DNA from: Oopsacas minuta
Lineage: Eukaryota > Animalia > Porifera
Length of the DNA stretch: 64,000 nt
Direction of reading: 5' to 3'
NCBI GenBank assembly: GCA_024704765.1
Contig: JAKMXF010000166.1
Location: forward strand, 460,743-524,742
The notes below the pieces were generated by a model, which saw nothing but the letters and a program-made list of their open reading frames with translations, made no database searches and was not told where the DNA came from. Both the position numbers and the translations under genes were made by a program. Below, piece by piece: positions 36,174 to 49,439 of this stretch. How positions within the stretch are numbered: the stretch's first letter is position 1; every line of letters starts with the position of its first letter.

Positions 36174-38630
36174 TTACAACTCTCTATAATCAACGAATAG
36201 CTGCTGTAAGAATGCCTGTATATTAGCAGTCTTCATGTCCAGAGCTAGAAATCTCTGTGTAATCTCTCTACACTGTATCAGATGCTCTATGTCCCTAACA
36301 CTCTCCTTCTTCTCGATTGACTTGTTTTCACGTATACGCTGAGTCACTTCATTAGCCCGTTCTATGACGTCATTAGGTAGCCCCACTTCTGCAGCTATAT
36401 GACACGCATAACTCTGCTTAGCAAATCCCGCAGTGAGTTTGTATAGAAATACCATTGCTCCAGTCTCATTCTGCATAACCTGCATAGTCTGGTACTCAAG
36501 CTGTTTAGAATTAGGTAATAACTCCAATTCAATAACATTATGGAAATGTGTTGAAGCTAATACGAAGGGACATCTCTCCTCAATTCTAAGCCAGTATATG
36601 AGTATAGCAGTCATAAGAGACATCCCGTCAGCTGTTTCTGTACCCTTCCCGAACTCATCTAACAGAACTAGGCTCCTACTAGTAGCCCCGTGTACAGCAG
36701 CTGATACCTGATCTAGCTCGATCATATAAGATGACATATCTACTCCTACAGTCTCTACAGTGTGTATCCTAGTATATATTCTGTCTAGTAGACATATTCG
36801 TGCTGAATCTGCTGGTATAAATGAACCTAAGTGAGCTAGATAGGATATTATACCCACCTGCTTGAGATAGATACTTTTCCCACTAGCATTCGGACCTGTT
36901 ATTAGTTTTATCTTCGCTGCACTTTGGCCTAATAGTGAGTCATTAGACACGAAAGGACACACACATAGTTCTTGTAACGGGTGACGTCCATTTTCTATTT
37001 CTATAACCATCTCATCGACAATAGAAGGACAAATAAAATTGTTTTCTTTAGCCCATAAAGCTAGTGCAATTAAACAGTCCAGCTCTGCAGAGAATTCTAA
37101 TAAATCTTTTAATACGATTGCTCTTTCAAATACAGCTTCCTGTAGTCTGTGCATTATATTAACTTCTATGTCGATTATGTCACAATGTACATCTCCTATT
37201 CTCTCATCCAATTCGCGTGTTTTCTCGCTTTTATAGTGTACAACTTCATCTGATAGGAAATAGAACGTAAGGCCATGATAGTCGAAATCTTTTGGATCAT
37301 TCATACCCGATCTGAGCGGTGTAGTTAATAGAAATCCTATTTGTGGGAGATATACTATGTTACATCTATCAATCTCATCTCCAAGGGATTCTAATTCCTC
37401 TCTTGCTATACGAGTTAATAGTTCCGGAAGAGAAGCGTATATTTGTTTCTTCTCATCGAGTGTAGCGTCCACTGCTTGTCTGACTACACATCTGCCTTGT
37501 AGCTTACTATCTTCAAAATCCACAACTTGTTCAATGAGTGCTGCTACCTCTTGCAATCTTATCACCATGTTCTCGTTTAAATTCTCGAATTGTATTACGT
37601 CATTGCTAAATTTCCTACACATCTGAGCAATGAAAATACCATTTGTAGCTGTTTTATATATGTTAGACCAATCATTTAAGTTGAGCTGTCCTTCAACGAG
37701 TTTACAGAATAATCGTTGTATACTTCCTATGTGTTTCAATGCATTGTGTAGTGATACGAGAATCTCATTAAGACGCGGATTGAGTAGATATTTAATAGCT
37801 CGTTGTCTCCTTTCTATTTTATGTTTGTTATTACTAGGGCGTAGGAACCACAGTTTGAGTAATTTGCTGCCTACCTTAGATTTCGTTTTGTTAGCAATAG
37901 AGAATAGAGATAGACCTTCTTTGCAGCCGGCTGCCTTATACACAGACGGATGTAGTTCAGTTTTGAATATCTGTAGAGATTTGAATACATTATAATCAAC
38001 TTGTAGCATTCCTTCTAGTCCAAATGTCTTGACAGCTACAACTGGGACGTGTGTATCTGCTCCATCTAAGTCTAATCCATTAGGCTGATGCTTTACAATA
38101 TAATACAATAGTGCACCAATGCATCTAACTAACTCTATACTTTCCTGTGGTAGCAGAGATGAGACGTATAATGAGCGCTCTTGATTGCTTAAATTCCTCA
38201 TTTGTAATGGCATCTCTAAGAGTGAGATTATGCGCTTCTGACTGACATCATAAAGGAAATTTACACTGGGAAGTATATGTATTTGTGTGTTCTTAATACG
38301 ACCCAATTCACTCTCTTTAAACTCAATTAGAACTGATTTTAATCGTTCATCCTGCTTAGCACTAGTTAGAATATGATTTGGCTCGATTTGTATTAAAATT
38401 CTTTTAAGAAATTCAAATGTATCTATCTCATGTCTGTCTGATAATAAGTCTAGTTCACATGTTTCTGTGTCATAATAACTAGCTGCTAATTTACAACTAG
38501 CCCACACTAAACTAAGAAATATTATCCCCTCATCTCTATCTTCCTCACCCTCCCATTTGTGTGGATGTTGATTACCAGTAGATTGGATTATATCTTCTGC
38601 CAAGAAACCTTTTTCAATAATGTCATCCAT
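36174..38630 (-). CDS. MSH5: MutS protein homolog 5 (meiotic crossover)
   Basis: KEGLSLF, CNIVYLPQIGFLL, ITGPNASGKSIYLKQV (Walker A), LLDEFGKGT, STHF; lacks the mismatch-binding domain I; 818 aa single ORF. Confidence 0.93.
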   Translation of the reverse strand: MDDIIEKGFLAEDIIQSTGNQHPHKWEGEEDRDEGIIFLSLVWASCKLAASYYDTETCELDLLSDRHEIDTFEFLKRILIQIEPNHILTSAKQDERLKSVLIEFKESELGRIKNTQIHILPSVNFLYDVSQKRIISLLEMPLQMRNLSNQERSLYVSSLLPQESIELVRCIGALLYYIVKHQPNGLDLDGADTHVPVVAVKTFGLEGMLQVDYNVFKSLQIFKTELHPSVYKAAGCKEGLSLFSIANKTKSKVGSKLLKLWFLRPSNNKHKIERRQRAIKYLLNPRLNEILVSLHNALKHIGSIQRLFCKLVEGQLNLNDWSNIYKTATNGIFIAQMCRKFSNDVIQFENLNENMVIRLQEVAALIEQVVDFEDSKLQGRCVVRQAVDATLDEKKQIYASLPELLTRIAREELESLGDEIDRCNIVYLPQIGFLLTTPLRSGMNDPKDFDYHGLTFYFLSDEVVHYKSEKTRELDERIGDVHCDIIDIEVNIMHRLQEAVFERAIVLKDLLEFSAELDCLIALALWAKENNFICPSIVDEMVIEIENGRHPLQELCVCPFVSNDSLLGQSAAKIKLITGPNASGKSIYLKQVGIISYLAHLGSFIPADSARICLLDRIYTRIHTVETVGVDMSSYMIELDQVSAAVHGATSRSLVLLDEFGKGTETADGMSLMTAILIYWLRIEERCPFVLASTHFHNVIELELLPNSKQLEYQTMQVMQNETGAMVFLYKLTAGFAKQSYACHIAAEVGLPNDVIERANEVTQRIRENKSIEKKESVRDIEHLIQCREITQRFLALDMKTANIQAFLQQLFVDYREL

Positions 38631-39180
38631 TGTAAGTCTACTTCAGCTTTACAATTAATTATTTAATTCATTATCATTTATTGCTATGGAAGAAATGAAA
38701 ATCACATACTCGCTAGCTATAGCATTCTGTCAATAGGCGTATTTTGATTTTATACAAATTGTTTTAAATGTTTTATGATTTATGAGTTTGTTTTATACTT
38801 ATACTATTATTATTATTACGTAACACCGCTGACAAGAGGTTGTAACCAAATCTTGGGTATTATTAGTCACCAAAATCATTGCAGTCAGAGACTGTCTGAT
38901 TGTTCAGGTTTGAAACGGACCTTCATTAGGACTACTAATAGAAATAATATTAATCAAACAGACCAACTTTTGTGGTTCCATGTCAACTTGAGCAATGAAA
39001 TCTGCTTGCTACGGCTCTGAAATGGTGCTGGGTATAAAACATTAACTTTTGAAAAGTTTCAAACTCAGATGCAAATTTCCAGACTACACCTTCGGATATT
39101 CAACAAATACATTTCATCGTTAAAGATTGTTGTTCGAGTATGTTCAATGTGAAATTATTCGATTACCAGTTTAGTTAATA

Positions 39181-39643
39181 CAGTGCAACCTCTATAAGCG
39201 GGGCAATTTTGCTACACCTTCACTCATTCCTCTATAAGCGGGGAATGGAAAATGGAGCGTACTTTAGAGAAATTATGTTTCAAGACTCACACCATTGAAA
39301 TTTACCTCTATAAGTATTAAGTAGGGAATTCTAGGAAACATTTTCTTGAATAATCAATTTTGTGCTAAATTTGGGAAAAAAACCACGTATTTATAGCTGA
39401 GATGAATTGAAATTTTTGGGTTCGTCAGAAAAAAAATTCTTACAAATTTGTATATTCAACCAACAACTTTAAGGCACATTATACAATCAAATATCATTGA
39501 AATAACAGTCGTTAGAGGAAGTGGCTATACATATTCACTCAAAAATCTCTGGTTAAAGGACATTTACATTTGAAATTATAAATGGGGAATGGGAGTATCA
39601 AGAGATTCGCTTCCCGTCCTCCCCACTTATAGAGGTTCTACTG
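39181..39643. mobile_element. pogo/Tigger-like MITE, 463 bp
   Basis: TA|CAGTGCAACCTCTATAAGCGGGG ... CCCCACTTATAGAGGTTCTACTG|TA. Confidence 0.82.
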
Positions 39644-40016
39644 TATCCTTTAACTCCAACAAATTTCCTAATCCATGAAGGTTCGAGATACTATTGTATA
39701 TAAATTGATCTAAAATCGTTTGAAATTGTAGTGAAGCATTATAGAAATACCTAGTTACTAGGTCCTAGAACATACACCGTATTGTCCTAATAGGAAGTTT
39801 ACATATGTTGGTTATTCAACGGCACACATTAACTGCTAATCTGATTACTCTATTCTCTGTCACAACGTATAGTGATTCAATTAAATATTATTTTACTGGT
39901 GAATCAGTATGTTATACGTATCACTAATCACGATGTACTAATAATTAATGTTTAAGTATTTTTGTGATTTGTATAAATAATCAAATATAAATACCTAATA
40001 AAATAAAATATGAAAA

Positions 40017-41582
40017 ATGGATATCAAAATCTTTAAATGGATATTTGTGGAAATAAAGTTCCTTACTTTACTTGCACTCCCCACTTCCATTATCTGTCTA
40101 ACGGAAGGATTCCAGATGAAATTGAGTAATATTTTTATTGGTAGGAAATCAGGTGAGGATGTTAGTACAGAATTGAGCGCCCTATTCCTTGGCCAGATGA
40201 CAATCACAGTCACCGCGTATCCAATATTAGAAGGTTTGTCAGTATGTGTCAGTATTATCTGTTCTCAAGCGTATGGCGCAAATCAACCTAAATTAGTTGC
40301 TCTGTATTACTATAGAGTGTTATTTGTAGCTATTCTCATTTGCTTCCCTCTCTTCTCACTATTAATTAGCGTTTGTCCAATAGTCTACCTTTACACACAT
40401 AATTTGAAGTTGTCGATAGGTGCTGGTAGCTATACCACTATATTCTGTTGTGGATTTCCTGCTTATGCTTACTACAAGATATCTGTTTGTTTTCTTCAAT
40501 CACATAATATTGTTTGGAGTTCATTGATCTATCTTATACTCGGGAATATATCAAATGGAATTCTCCAATACATGTTCATATTTCATTATAACCAAGGAAT
40601 TGCTGGTGCAGCAGCTGCTTACGTCATCAGTTTATACATTATTGCGCTATTAATATTCACACATATTAGATTATCTCGTCAGAACCTGCCCAGTATGGAG
40701 TTTAGCATTGACTTGATCAGTGATTGGTCTCACACAGCTAAATACGCTATTCCAGCTTCCTTGCAAACGTTCTTTGGTACATTAGTCAGCAATATATTCC
40801 CAGTTTTCCTTTTGCTCTGGGTTTCTTATGACCAAAATCAGCTGGCTATATACTCCATAATGTATTCCTTATGGTTTATGTTCTCTTTATTTACCATGGG
40901 GTTTTCTAGGGCTCTAACAATACGTGTTGGTCAGCTGTTAGGTGCGAATAATACTGCCAGAGGCAAGAGATCTGCTATATTCGGAATTGCATTTGGTGAA
41001 ACTGTCATATTCTTCCTTTCTATTTTCATAATTGTGTGTAATCACCCATTTAGTCGTCTTTTCACGACGGATAAAAGTTTTGTTGAAGAGCTCTACTTCA
41101 ACTTACTTTTACTCCCATTTATTATCCTCAGTGATATTATTTTGTTAGGACAGGGAGTCATGAATGCCTGTGATATGCAACAAACTCAAGCTATCTTAAA
41201 GTTCTTTTTTATGGTTTTGTTAGGTTTTATTTTGGAATTCTTGTTGATAAACGTTTTTGCTTGGAAGGCACTGTTAATATTTTCCATACAAGGTTTGTTT
41301 CGTTTGTTATGCTTTGTTTGCTCTATGGTTATCCTCTTTTGTCGTGACTGGGATACCTTTACACTCAAAATAAAAGAGAGAACACAATCGACAGATAACT
41401 TTTTACAACCACAATTCTTTGAGAAAATATCTGTTTCTCACCTTTCCTCTCAGGAATCCAATGTTGGAAAATTCCAAAGATTTTCTAATTCAAAACTAAT
41501 CATAGTTTCTAAGTATGTTTTTTGTTTACTTTTGGGTGTGTCCATTTTTGTTGCTGTTAATTTAAGCGCTTTGTTGTTTTGA
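40017..41582 (+). CDS. MATE family (SLC47-like) multidrug/toxin extrusion transporter
   Basis: EIKFLTLLALP, CSQAYGANQ, TIRVGQLLGANNTARGK; about 12 hydrophobic segments plus C-terminal TM. Confidence 0.85.
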   Translation: MDIKIFKWIFVEIKFLTLLALPTSIICLTEGFQMKLSNIFIGRKSGEDVSTELSALFLGQMTITVTAYPILEGLSVCVSIICSQAYGANQPKLVALYYYRVLFVAILICFPLFSLLISVCPIVYLYTHNLKLSIGAGSYTTIFCCGFPAYAYYKISVCFLQSHNIVWSSLIYLILGNISNGILQYMFIFHYNQGIAGAAAAYVISLYIIALLIFTHIRLSRQNLPSMEFSIDLISDWSHTAKYAIPASLQTFFGTLVSNIFPVFLLLWVSYDQNQLAIYSIMYSLWFMFSLFTMGFSRALTIRVGQLLGANNTARGKRSAIFGIAFGETVIFFLSIFIIVCNHPFSRLFTTDKSFVEELYFNLLLLPFIILSDIILLGQGVMNACDMQQTQAILKFFFMVLLGFILEFLLINVFAWKALLIFSIQGLFRLLCFVCSMVILFCRDWDTFTLKIKERTQSTDNFLQPQFFEKISVSHLSSQESNVGKFQRFSNSKLIIVSKYVFCLLLGVSIFVAVNLSALLF

Positions 41583-42103
41583 TGCCCCACAATTACTTTT
41601 CTCTTCTCCTCTTAATGTTTATCTATTCACTTATATATTTCTACTTATAATTGCTCATTAGCCATTTCTCAATATTTCTTTAATATTTGTTCTTTTCTTC
41701 CAATCCATAGACAGTTAAGCATATATTTCTCATTAACACATACACACAGTTATCATACTATTATATCTATAACTATCTCTATCTGTGTTAGATCTTTGTT
41801 ATTTTGATTTGGTTTTTGTGACTATCTATTATTGTAATACATTTTTGTGTAGAAATTCAGTAACCCTCGTTATAACAGTAATTACTGTATATCCTTATGC
41901 GAATGTGTTGGAAATTCTACAAACATCCATACTCCATAGACTACAATATAATACAGATAGGTGGTTTTGTGGATGTATTTGCGGATTGAACATTTAAGGG
42001 GAAATAATCTAAAGAATCAGTTAACTGATTCTTTATAAGAGTAAGGACTTCCATTTGTTAACCCAAAAGTTTCAATCCACCAAAATTGGGAGGTTTGATT
42101 ATA

Positions 42104-42317
42104 TACTCTAACCTCTCTTATCCGGGTAGAGCCGGACAACAGAAGTAAGAATTTCCCCGGATCTGAGAAACGTGTTAATGAAGTACGAGTAAAAACAGTT
42201 CTCTTATAAGGAATATTTACTGAAAATTGTCAAATTAATTTCATTCCTTTGGAAAAATGGTACCCGGTCGAGGGAAGTGGCCGTATCTCGGAGGTCAGGA
42301 TACGAGAGGTTCGAGTG
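42104..42317. mobile_element. pogo/Tigger-like MITE
   Basis: TA|(T)ACTCTAACCTCTCTTATCC ... GGATACGAGAGGTTCGAGTG|TA. Confidence 0.7.
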
Positions 42318-43649
42318 TACTTTTATTTTATTTATCAAACTTGTCTCTCTTTATTATTCGTTTGTCGGTTACTTTCCCATCTGTATTATATAATACGAGC
42401 CGCTTCTCTTGCTCTCGCTGCGCAGCTTGCGAACACTGTGTTCGCATCGGACTCGGAACTTCGTGCATCGAAATTAGCAAATTATAAAATTGCAAAATTG
42501 ATTTATAAATTAATATTTCAACAATTTGTTTACTTTATATTCATAAAAACAACAATAAATTTACATATGATTAATTCGAAAGTGTGAAAATCGGAATCAG
42601 CATACTCGATTACCCTAATGTAATTGTGTTCTTTTCTATATTATCACCAGGAGGATATGTTTTTCCTTTATTATTATAATAGAAAGTGGACAAATACATA
42701 AACAAACACCCCCACAAGAATTGAGTTTTAATTATATATGATACAGCTTAGCCATTCAAATATAATTCATTATTTCCATTACCAGACTGTAATTATTTTT
42801 CAAGAAGCGACCAAGCTCCAAGACAAATACATCAAGTTTAGAATAATTTAGATTGAAAAGGATATTAATATGTTTCATACCAGTAGGCAAACTACTTAGA
42901 ATCCGCCTACAGTCTTAGATGAACAATTATTCGGTATAATACTATATTCGTTTCATCCTACATGAAACACTCATTACCGTCACATTTAACTGGTATTTAG
43001 CCACATCTACCGTTTAACATGTCATTAACATCTGTATCCAGGGGTTTGTTTAGATGGGGTGGGGGGGGAGATAATGAGTTACCTCCATTTATTTATTTAT
43101 TGACAATTTATCAATGTATTGTAGCATTGTAACAACTGTCAGCATGGCATCCCACTTGACCCGACACTTAATATATTTGTATGGTTATGTATTCACATTA
43201 TGGAAAATCTTGGCAAATAAGTATCTTTTTAATTCAACTGTTACGTATATACACACACATGCACACACATAGACTAAATCGTGACATATTGACGATTTAA
43301 ATTACACTCTTCACCATTGTTCCAGTATTGAATCGAATCAGTTTAAGTGCCAACTGAGAATAGAGTCAGATGGACTTTCAGAAACTGTAAATAGAAATTA
43401 TACAAGAGTATTATCTAAGTCTTATGAGTCCAATATCTAGGTAGAATAATGACAAATCGTATGTATATCGTATATGTTCTAATTCACTCACCGTTTGAGG
43501 GCAGCACCTCCCAGTGACGCGCTTAGATTACCTAGCTGCGTTAAAATGAAGCCTCCCTACATAGGGCTTAATACGTGTATATGCGGCTGAGGCACCACAC
43601 AGTCCCAAAATGAGCGCTCAAAACAGTCTGTGGGAACCACTGCTATAGG

Positions 43650-44050
43650 GAGATGCCTAATTGCATGAACGATCTACGACGTCCATATGTCCGTCCGTCC
43701 GTCCTCGCGGTCGTGCGAAATCTAGCAGTCCAATTATCATGAAAATTGATACACTTATGCATTATGGGTCGGAAATTTGTACTTCGGGTAAGAAATTTTT
43801 CTAAATCCAAATTTTCACACCATTCTATCTAAAGGAGTAATCAAGTACGTATGAGATTCCGATATGGACATTTTAATTCATAATACTCAAAGCACAAAGT
43901 GCCCAGATTACTAACCAAAAGCCACGTATCACCTCCAGTATTACCCCAGAAGGCCATTAAATGGAATTCGGATGGACCATAGAAATGGAAAATTAAATTT
44001 TATGCTATTTTATACACTCAAGGCACGAAGTGCTGAGTGTATTCCGTCGC
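43650..44050 (+). repeat. HINE/DINE-1-like (Helentron-associated) repeat; inverted relative at ~27470-27550
   Basis: (GTCC)n tract in atatgtccgtccgtccgtc followed by cgtgcgaaatctagcagtc...catgaaaa, shared with the 27.5-kb copy; class assignment is by resemblance. Confidence 0.45.
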
Positions 44051-46136
44051 GTAGCGACCAAAAGTACTAAGAAAATTGCTGTTAAATACTTAATGTACCC
44101 GAGCCACTAAGCAGTCCCATAGCGACCTATCAAGCGAAGCGCGCTAGTTATGTATGATAAAGACAGGCTCTGCTGTGTTGCAATCAGTTTCAACTTTAAA
44201 TAACCAGATTATTGCTAAAATCTTGGACTCCTTTAAATAAGGACTATAGGCGCTCGAACTCGAGTCTTGAAACTTGGATCATCTATATTATTAAAACTCG
44301 ATTGTTGTGTGTGTGTTTGTTTGTTTATTTGTCCGTTGCCAAGGAAAGGATTTATGGAATGTTGTATTTAATTCGAATTTCTCAATCACATAACTATGTA
44401 TTTATCGTGTTTATCAAGAATTTAAACAGAATTCTATATAACTTGAATAAATATATCAAATATGTTAAATCTGATTTTCGCACTTTTGAATTAATCATAT
44501 GTAAATTTATGGTTGTTTTTATGAATATAAGTAAACAAGTAGTTCAAATCGCAAATATGCGTACAGTATTGCTCTTAACAGCTACAATGGGGTAACAAAG
44601 TATGAAATCTCGTTTCTAGAAATGTTGGTATCCCCTCCTGGTTTTGTATTTAAACTTATATCTAATTGTGAAGTGGCATTTTATCTAATTTGTTAAATGA
44701 CCATTAATTCATGTTAAATTCGGCCTTGTTAGCCAACTCGTTTTCCATGAGGCTGTGACCAATCTGACCTCATATCCGTGACTAATTGCGACGCTGGACC
44801 ACTCTGAAAAGTAGTACGGCGCTCGCCACACAACCATGCCGGGTATACACCCTCTGCGTTACAATTATGACCTATGATCAACTGACCCATAGTCCACTCT
44901 GATACATTGATAACTGAACATTTGGTGTTAGCAAAAAATTCTTCTTTGATTTCTTTAAAATGTAAATCTCCTAGCAACAGTATATCTGTATAAATATAGG
45001 ATTTGTTTCCTTAGCTGCGTAATATCAAACCTTAAATATTGTAGGTTAAACTTTTTTTATAGTCAAAAATCTCAAATCACCGTCTGTGTTGGCTTAAATT
45101 TTACCAAATGAATTTTAGTGGATTATTGAAACTATATTATTCTACTCAATATCCGTTTCAGCAAAGAAAGATAATATTGAATTTTACTAATCTTGTTAGA
45201 CATTTAAAATGTTAAAATTGAATTCTACGTCCCTGTTTATCCCTATTTAACAAGTGGCAGCTAATTTCTAGGATATTTTGAAATGTTCACAAAAGGTGTG
45301 AAAATATGATTAATCATATGATAAATCAGTGTATGTATATATATATATATATTTAATAGAATGTCTTGGCTAATTGGTTTGCAGTCTACATCAAGACAAA
45401 TACATTACAGTGCTAATTAAATGCATAGACCCACCAGAACTAATTTTATGCATTTATGCCTAATTGTAAATCCTACAACTGAATGGGCCAGAATACAGAG
45501 GTGTCAAAAGGTGTGAAAATATACACATTAGAAATTTTCCAATTATCAGGTACACAACTAGATGTCACTACGAGTACACCTGCCAAATTTGGTGTCTTAA
45601 TCTCTAAAAGTGTGAACAGCAGAGCGGAAACATATATATACATATATACTAAGTCAACCATTTTAGAACTGAGCTACTATGCTATGTAATCGTATTAGCC
45701 GGCACAGTAAAAATATATGGAATCAGTTAACTGATTTCTTATTGTTTTACCCTAAAAAGTTCAATCCACAAAAATTGGGTATTTTATTTTACTCTTATGG
45801 GATTTATAAGACTGGCCACTCTTTGTTTATTCTTTCGTCGGCCAAATTTCTATCTGTATTAAATAGCACTTCATGCGTAGAATAATTGACTTGATAATTA
45901 AACCAATTCAATTATCAATGCTGCACCCTCTTACGTCATCGATACAGCTACTGTATTGGCGCAACAATCTTAAAATTTGTAGTCAAATATTGTAGTCATA
46001 TAAATTTATATGTATCCGTTCTTGAAATATTTTTAAACATATTCACGGCTTTCACACTTTCTTCACTTGTCTGTAAAGTGATAATTATTCGTATTTGTTC
46101 AATTGTGCTAGAAAATAATCGTTTAATGATATAAAT

Positions 46137-46279
46137 CAGCGGTTCCTAACGTAGGGTCCTTGGTGGTCCATTTAAGACTGCAGGAGGTCCACAGAATCTA
46201 TTGTAGTCTATGAGAGGAGTCCATAGAATGTGTTAAAATTAGGATAGGGGTACATGGTGAAAAAGGTTGGAAACTTCTG
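46137..46279. mobile_element. hAT-like MITE
   Basis: TIR CAGCGGTTCCTAAC / GTTGGAAACTTCTG; putative 8-bp TSD ATATAAAT vs ACATAATT (6/8). Confidence 0.55.
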
Positions 46280-46800
46280 ACATAATTGACTAACCTAATT
46301 CTATTGTAATATATATTAGCTAATGTGATTGAACGCGAATGATATAGGTTTTCGACAAAAATTTTGCATTTTGGGATTGATAAAATAGATTTTTATAAAT
46401 ATGTAATGCATTTATTCGGACAAAAAGGTGGCACTTTTGAAATCTAGAACTTCAATATATTCTAATGAGCCGCTTCGCTTGTTCGCGCTGCGGTTTGCGA
46501 ACACTTTGTGCCTCGAATTTGGCAAAGTATGAAAATTGCAAAATGAATTAATAAATATATATTTCAACTATTTGTTTACTTTATATTCATAAAACAACAA
46601 ATATATTTACATTTGAGAAACTTGAAAATGGGAAATTCAGATTCAGGGTACTTGATTACCCGTATATTTCTGTTAAGAGCAAGTCTCTACGTATATTTTG
46701 AGATTTCAACTATTTGTTTACTTTATATCATAAACAACAAATAAATTTACTTATATATGAGAAACTTGAAAACGCGGAATTCAGATTTAGGGATACGCGA

Positions 46801-47086
46801 CAGTTCGATACCAACGATTCGAGATGCCATGTATAATGACAAAGGCGAATTATTAATTTGAAAATATGGTTGATATGAACGTGTTCACATTCCATTCATA
46901 CCAACCATTTTTTCAAATTAATAATTCGCCTTTGTCATTATATACAACTGTCAAGCATTAAAACACTGAAAATATGGTTAAACACAGCTTGAAAGCAGCA
47001 TTTTTCTCTCTAAAAATAGCATTTGCGAAAATTCTGGTATCGAATTGTATCAAAAGTCGACAACTCGAATTGTCGGTATCGGACTG
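46801..47086. mobile_element. TIR element with a nested ~115-bp hairpin
   Basis: Outer IR cagt(t/c)cgatacc(a/g)ac(g/a)attcgag; inner hairpin ~46831-46945 (gtataatgacaaaggcgaattattaatttgaaaa and its reverse complement). Confidence 0.6.
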
Positions 47087-47285
47087 TTGCGTTACTTTCG
47101 TATCGAAATGTCAGGACTGACACTAATCCAAAGTGAATTTCTTCGCTACACTTAAAACAGTGAACTAAAATGCACAAATTCATCAATTAGAAGCTTTATA
47201 CAAATCCACTTTGTTTTATTCCAGTTTGACGATTCTACCTTATTCCATTTTCCCATGGTCACCTATGTTGACCCATGATCCATTC

Positions 47286-47365
47286 CAGAGGCGGCGCGAA
47301 GGTGGGGCCTGTGCCAACCTCATTAATGTAAGTATGCCTCAGTTTAATAGCCGGCGCCGCCACTG
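47286..47365. mobile_element. Tiny hAT-like MITE (80 bp)
   Basis: CAGAGGCGGCGC ... GCGCCGCCACTG; flanks ATCCATTC / GCCCATTC (6/8). Confidence 0.5.
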
Positions 47366-47924
47366 GCCCATTCTGCATTGGATGATAATGCGTTCGACCA
47401 TGGGTTACTATATTCACGGCTAGCTAAGCAAAGAATTGCCAAATTAATTTCCGGACCATTGATTATATTCTCTTTGATCATGAAGAATTTCAGTTATCAT
47501 TACAAATTCTACTAAAATAGGTTTCCACATACTGCGGAGACATCTAGAATACTTTTGAATCTGCTTTTCAGGTTATTTTACCCACAATGACGCTGTTTTG
47601 CAGAAATTGGTCCCCCCTACGAAAATGGTCCGGGGGGACCATTTTCTGCAAATACAAAAACGTTGCAGATTTTGGTCCCCCTTTGCAGAAATTGGTCCCC
47701 CCATTTCTACATTCATCATTGTGGTCAATTATGATGACTTAGCACTTTTTAGGTTTCTTCTCACATTAGTTACTTACATACACTTATGTAATCATAATTT
47801 TTAGTAATTGTTTCTAACGTGTGTATTACGTCAACAAAGGAAAAATAAGCGGAAAATTCTAAGAATTAATGAATATAAACAAAGCTTTGAAAATGTATTC
47901 AATATTTGATATTTTCACTGTTTT

Positions 47925-49439
47925 ATGGATCCAACTGAGTACGAATCATTTGTCAATTACCTGCAGTTTAATTCCTATCCTCTGGACGCAACCAAAAACG
48001 AAAAAAGGTTCCTGCGTAAGAAAGCCGCAAAATATGCAATTAATTCTAATAAACTTGTTAAACCATCGGGAAATACTCTCTTAATCGTCATAAAAGCTGA
48101 CCAAAAACTTGATATTCTCAAAGAAGTCCATGATAATGCTGGACATCAATGTTTTCGCTACTCGTATCGTATTACAAATGAGAGATATTTCTGGCCAGGA
48201 ATGTACACGGAAATACGTACTTATATACAAAAATGTGTACCGTGTCAAAGGAACCAGCCTAGCCTAAAAGCACCAACCATACCATTACAACCACTCCCAG
48301 TCATAACGAAAGTGTGGTTTAGAGTAGGCATGGATTTGACGGGACCACTAATAGAGTCAGAAGGTTACAAATACATTCTTACTTTCATCGATCACTTTAC
48401 TAAATGGATCGAGACTCGTCCTCTGAAAACGAAAAACGCGAGAGATGTTGCTACTGGAGTTTTTTCAATATACTGTCGGCAAGGTGCTCCGGTGCAAATT
48501 GTAACTGATAACGGAAGAGAATTCACGAATACGATTTCCAAAACACTTCAAGAAATACATGGTTGTAAATTACTATTCTCAGCTCCCTACCATCCTCAAA
48601 CGAATGGTCTCGTAGAATCTACACACAAAGCGATTAAACAATCTTTAAAAAAATCTTTAAGTGAGAAACGGGATGACTGGTTTCACTACTTGGAGCAAGT
48701 TACGTTTTCAATTAACATTCGCCCTCGTGAGACCACAAAATATTCTGCATTCGAACTAATGCATGGCTGTCGCAAACCACGCCTTCCATTTGAAGCTGAA
48801 AACTTAGCCTTCCTCTATCCTGACGTCTCTATGGAGGAAAATTCACTTGAAGATAACGATAATGACGATGAACTACTCGAATTCATGAAAAATGAGCAAG
48901 AAGATTCATTTCAACAGGCTGGCAAAAACCTCATAAACTCAAAGAAAATAATGAAGGAACAGTTCGACAAAAAAGTAAACCCAATCACTCAAAGCTTTAA
49001 AGTAAATGACGAAGTACTCATTGAGAATGTGTTCAGAATGAGAAGCAAAGGAGGGAAATTACAAGACAAGTGGATCGGCCCCTATCCAATCACAAAGGTT
49101 TCTACGAGAACGCTCCAAGTTTGCAAAAATAAAGCCATAACTCGGGTAAAGAGATCCAAGGCTAAACTCTGGAGAGGGTCTTCCACTACTATATCTACAA
49201 GAAAGAGTATTAAGTTGAACCCTCTAATAAGCAACTTGACAGAAGAAAACGCCCAACTATTTGACGAAGATGAAATTCTATCCATTTCGTCCCTATTTTT
49301 AGCTGGAGAAGAAGTTGTATTTGCAACAAGTGAACAAGAAGACAGCCAATCAAGAAGAGAGATTATTGATCTACTCTTGTCAATGAAAGAACATGTAATT
49401 GGATCACTCCAATCGAATATTCCACTCTCCACTACATAA
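47925..49439 (+). CDS. Ginger integrase/transposase
   Basis: GIN-like N-terminus YP...[11 protein letters not shown]; H2C2 zinc finger (HDNAGH...CVPC); DD35E (MDLTGP, TDNGREF, NGLVE); GPY/F module ([10 protein letters not shown]). Confidence 0.92.
   Translation: MDPTEYESFVNYLQFNSYPLDATKNEKRFLRKKAAKYAINSNKLVKPSGNTLLIVIKADQKLDILKEVHDNAGHQCFRYSYRITNERYFWPGMYTEIRTYIQKCVPCQRNQPSLKAPTIPLQPLPVITKVWFRVGMDLTGPLIESEGYKYILTFIDHFTKWIETRPLKTKNARDVATGVFSIYCRQGAPVQIVTDNGREFTNTISKTLQEIHGCKLLFSAPYHPQTNGLVESTHKAIKQSLKKSLSEKRDDWFHYLEQVTFSINIRPRETTKYSAFELMHGCRKPRLPFEAENLAFLYPDVSMEENSLEDNDNDDELLEFMKNEQEDSFQQAGKNLINSKKIMKEQFDKKVNPITQSFKVNDEVLIENVFRMRSKGGKLQDKWIGPYPITKVSTRTLQVCKNKAITRVKRSKAKLWRGSSTTISTRKSIKLNPLISNLTEENAQLFDEDEILSISSLFLAGEEVVFATSEQEDSQSRREIIDLLLSMKEHVIGSLQSNIPLSTT

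Noticed and set aside
19475-37995. Short ORFs overlapping or antisense to FKBP15, the GSTs and MSH5 (likewise those in MOK, MATE and SYVN1)
   Set aside because: Shadow frames of real genes with no recognisable motifs
44729-44977. 82-aa minus-strand ORF with LIIGHN
   Set aside because: Only a superficial exonuclease-like motif; no other motifs and no assignable family
47925-49439. Gypsy LTR retrotransposon remnant
   Set aside because: The flanks are inverted rather than direct repeats, there is no gag/PR/RT/RH, and the TGT..ACA ends with a 4-bp TSD fit a Ginger DNA transposon
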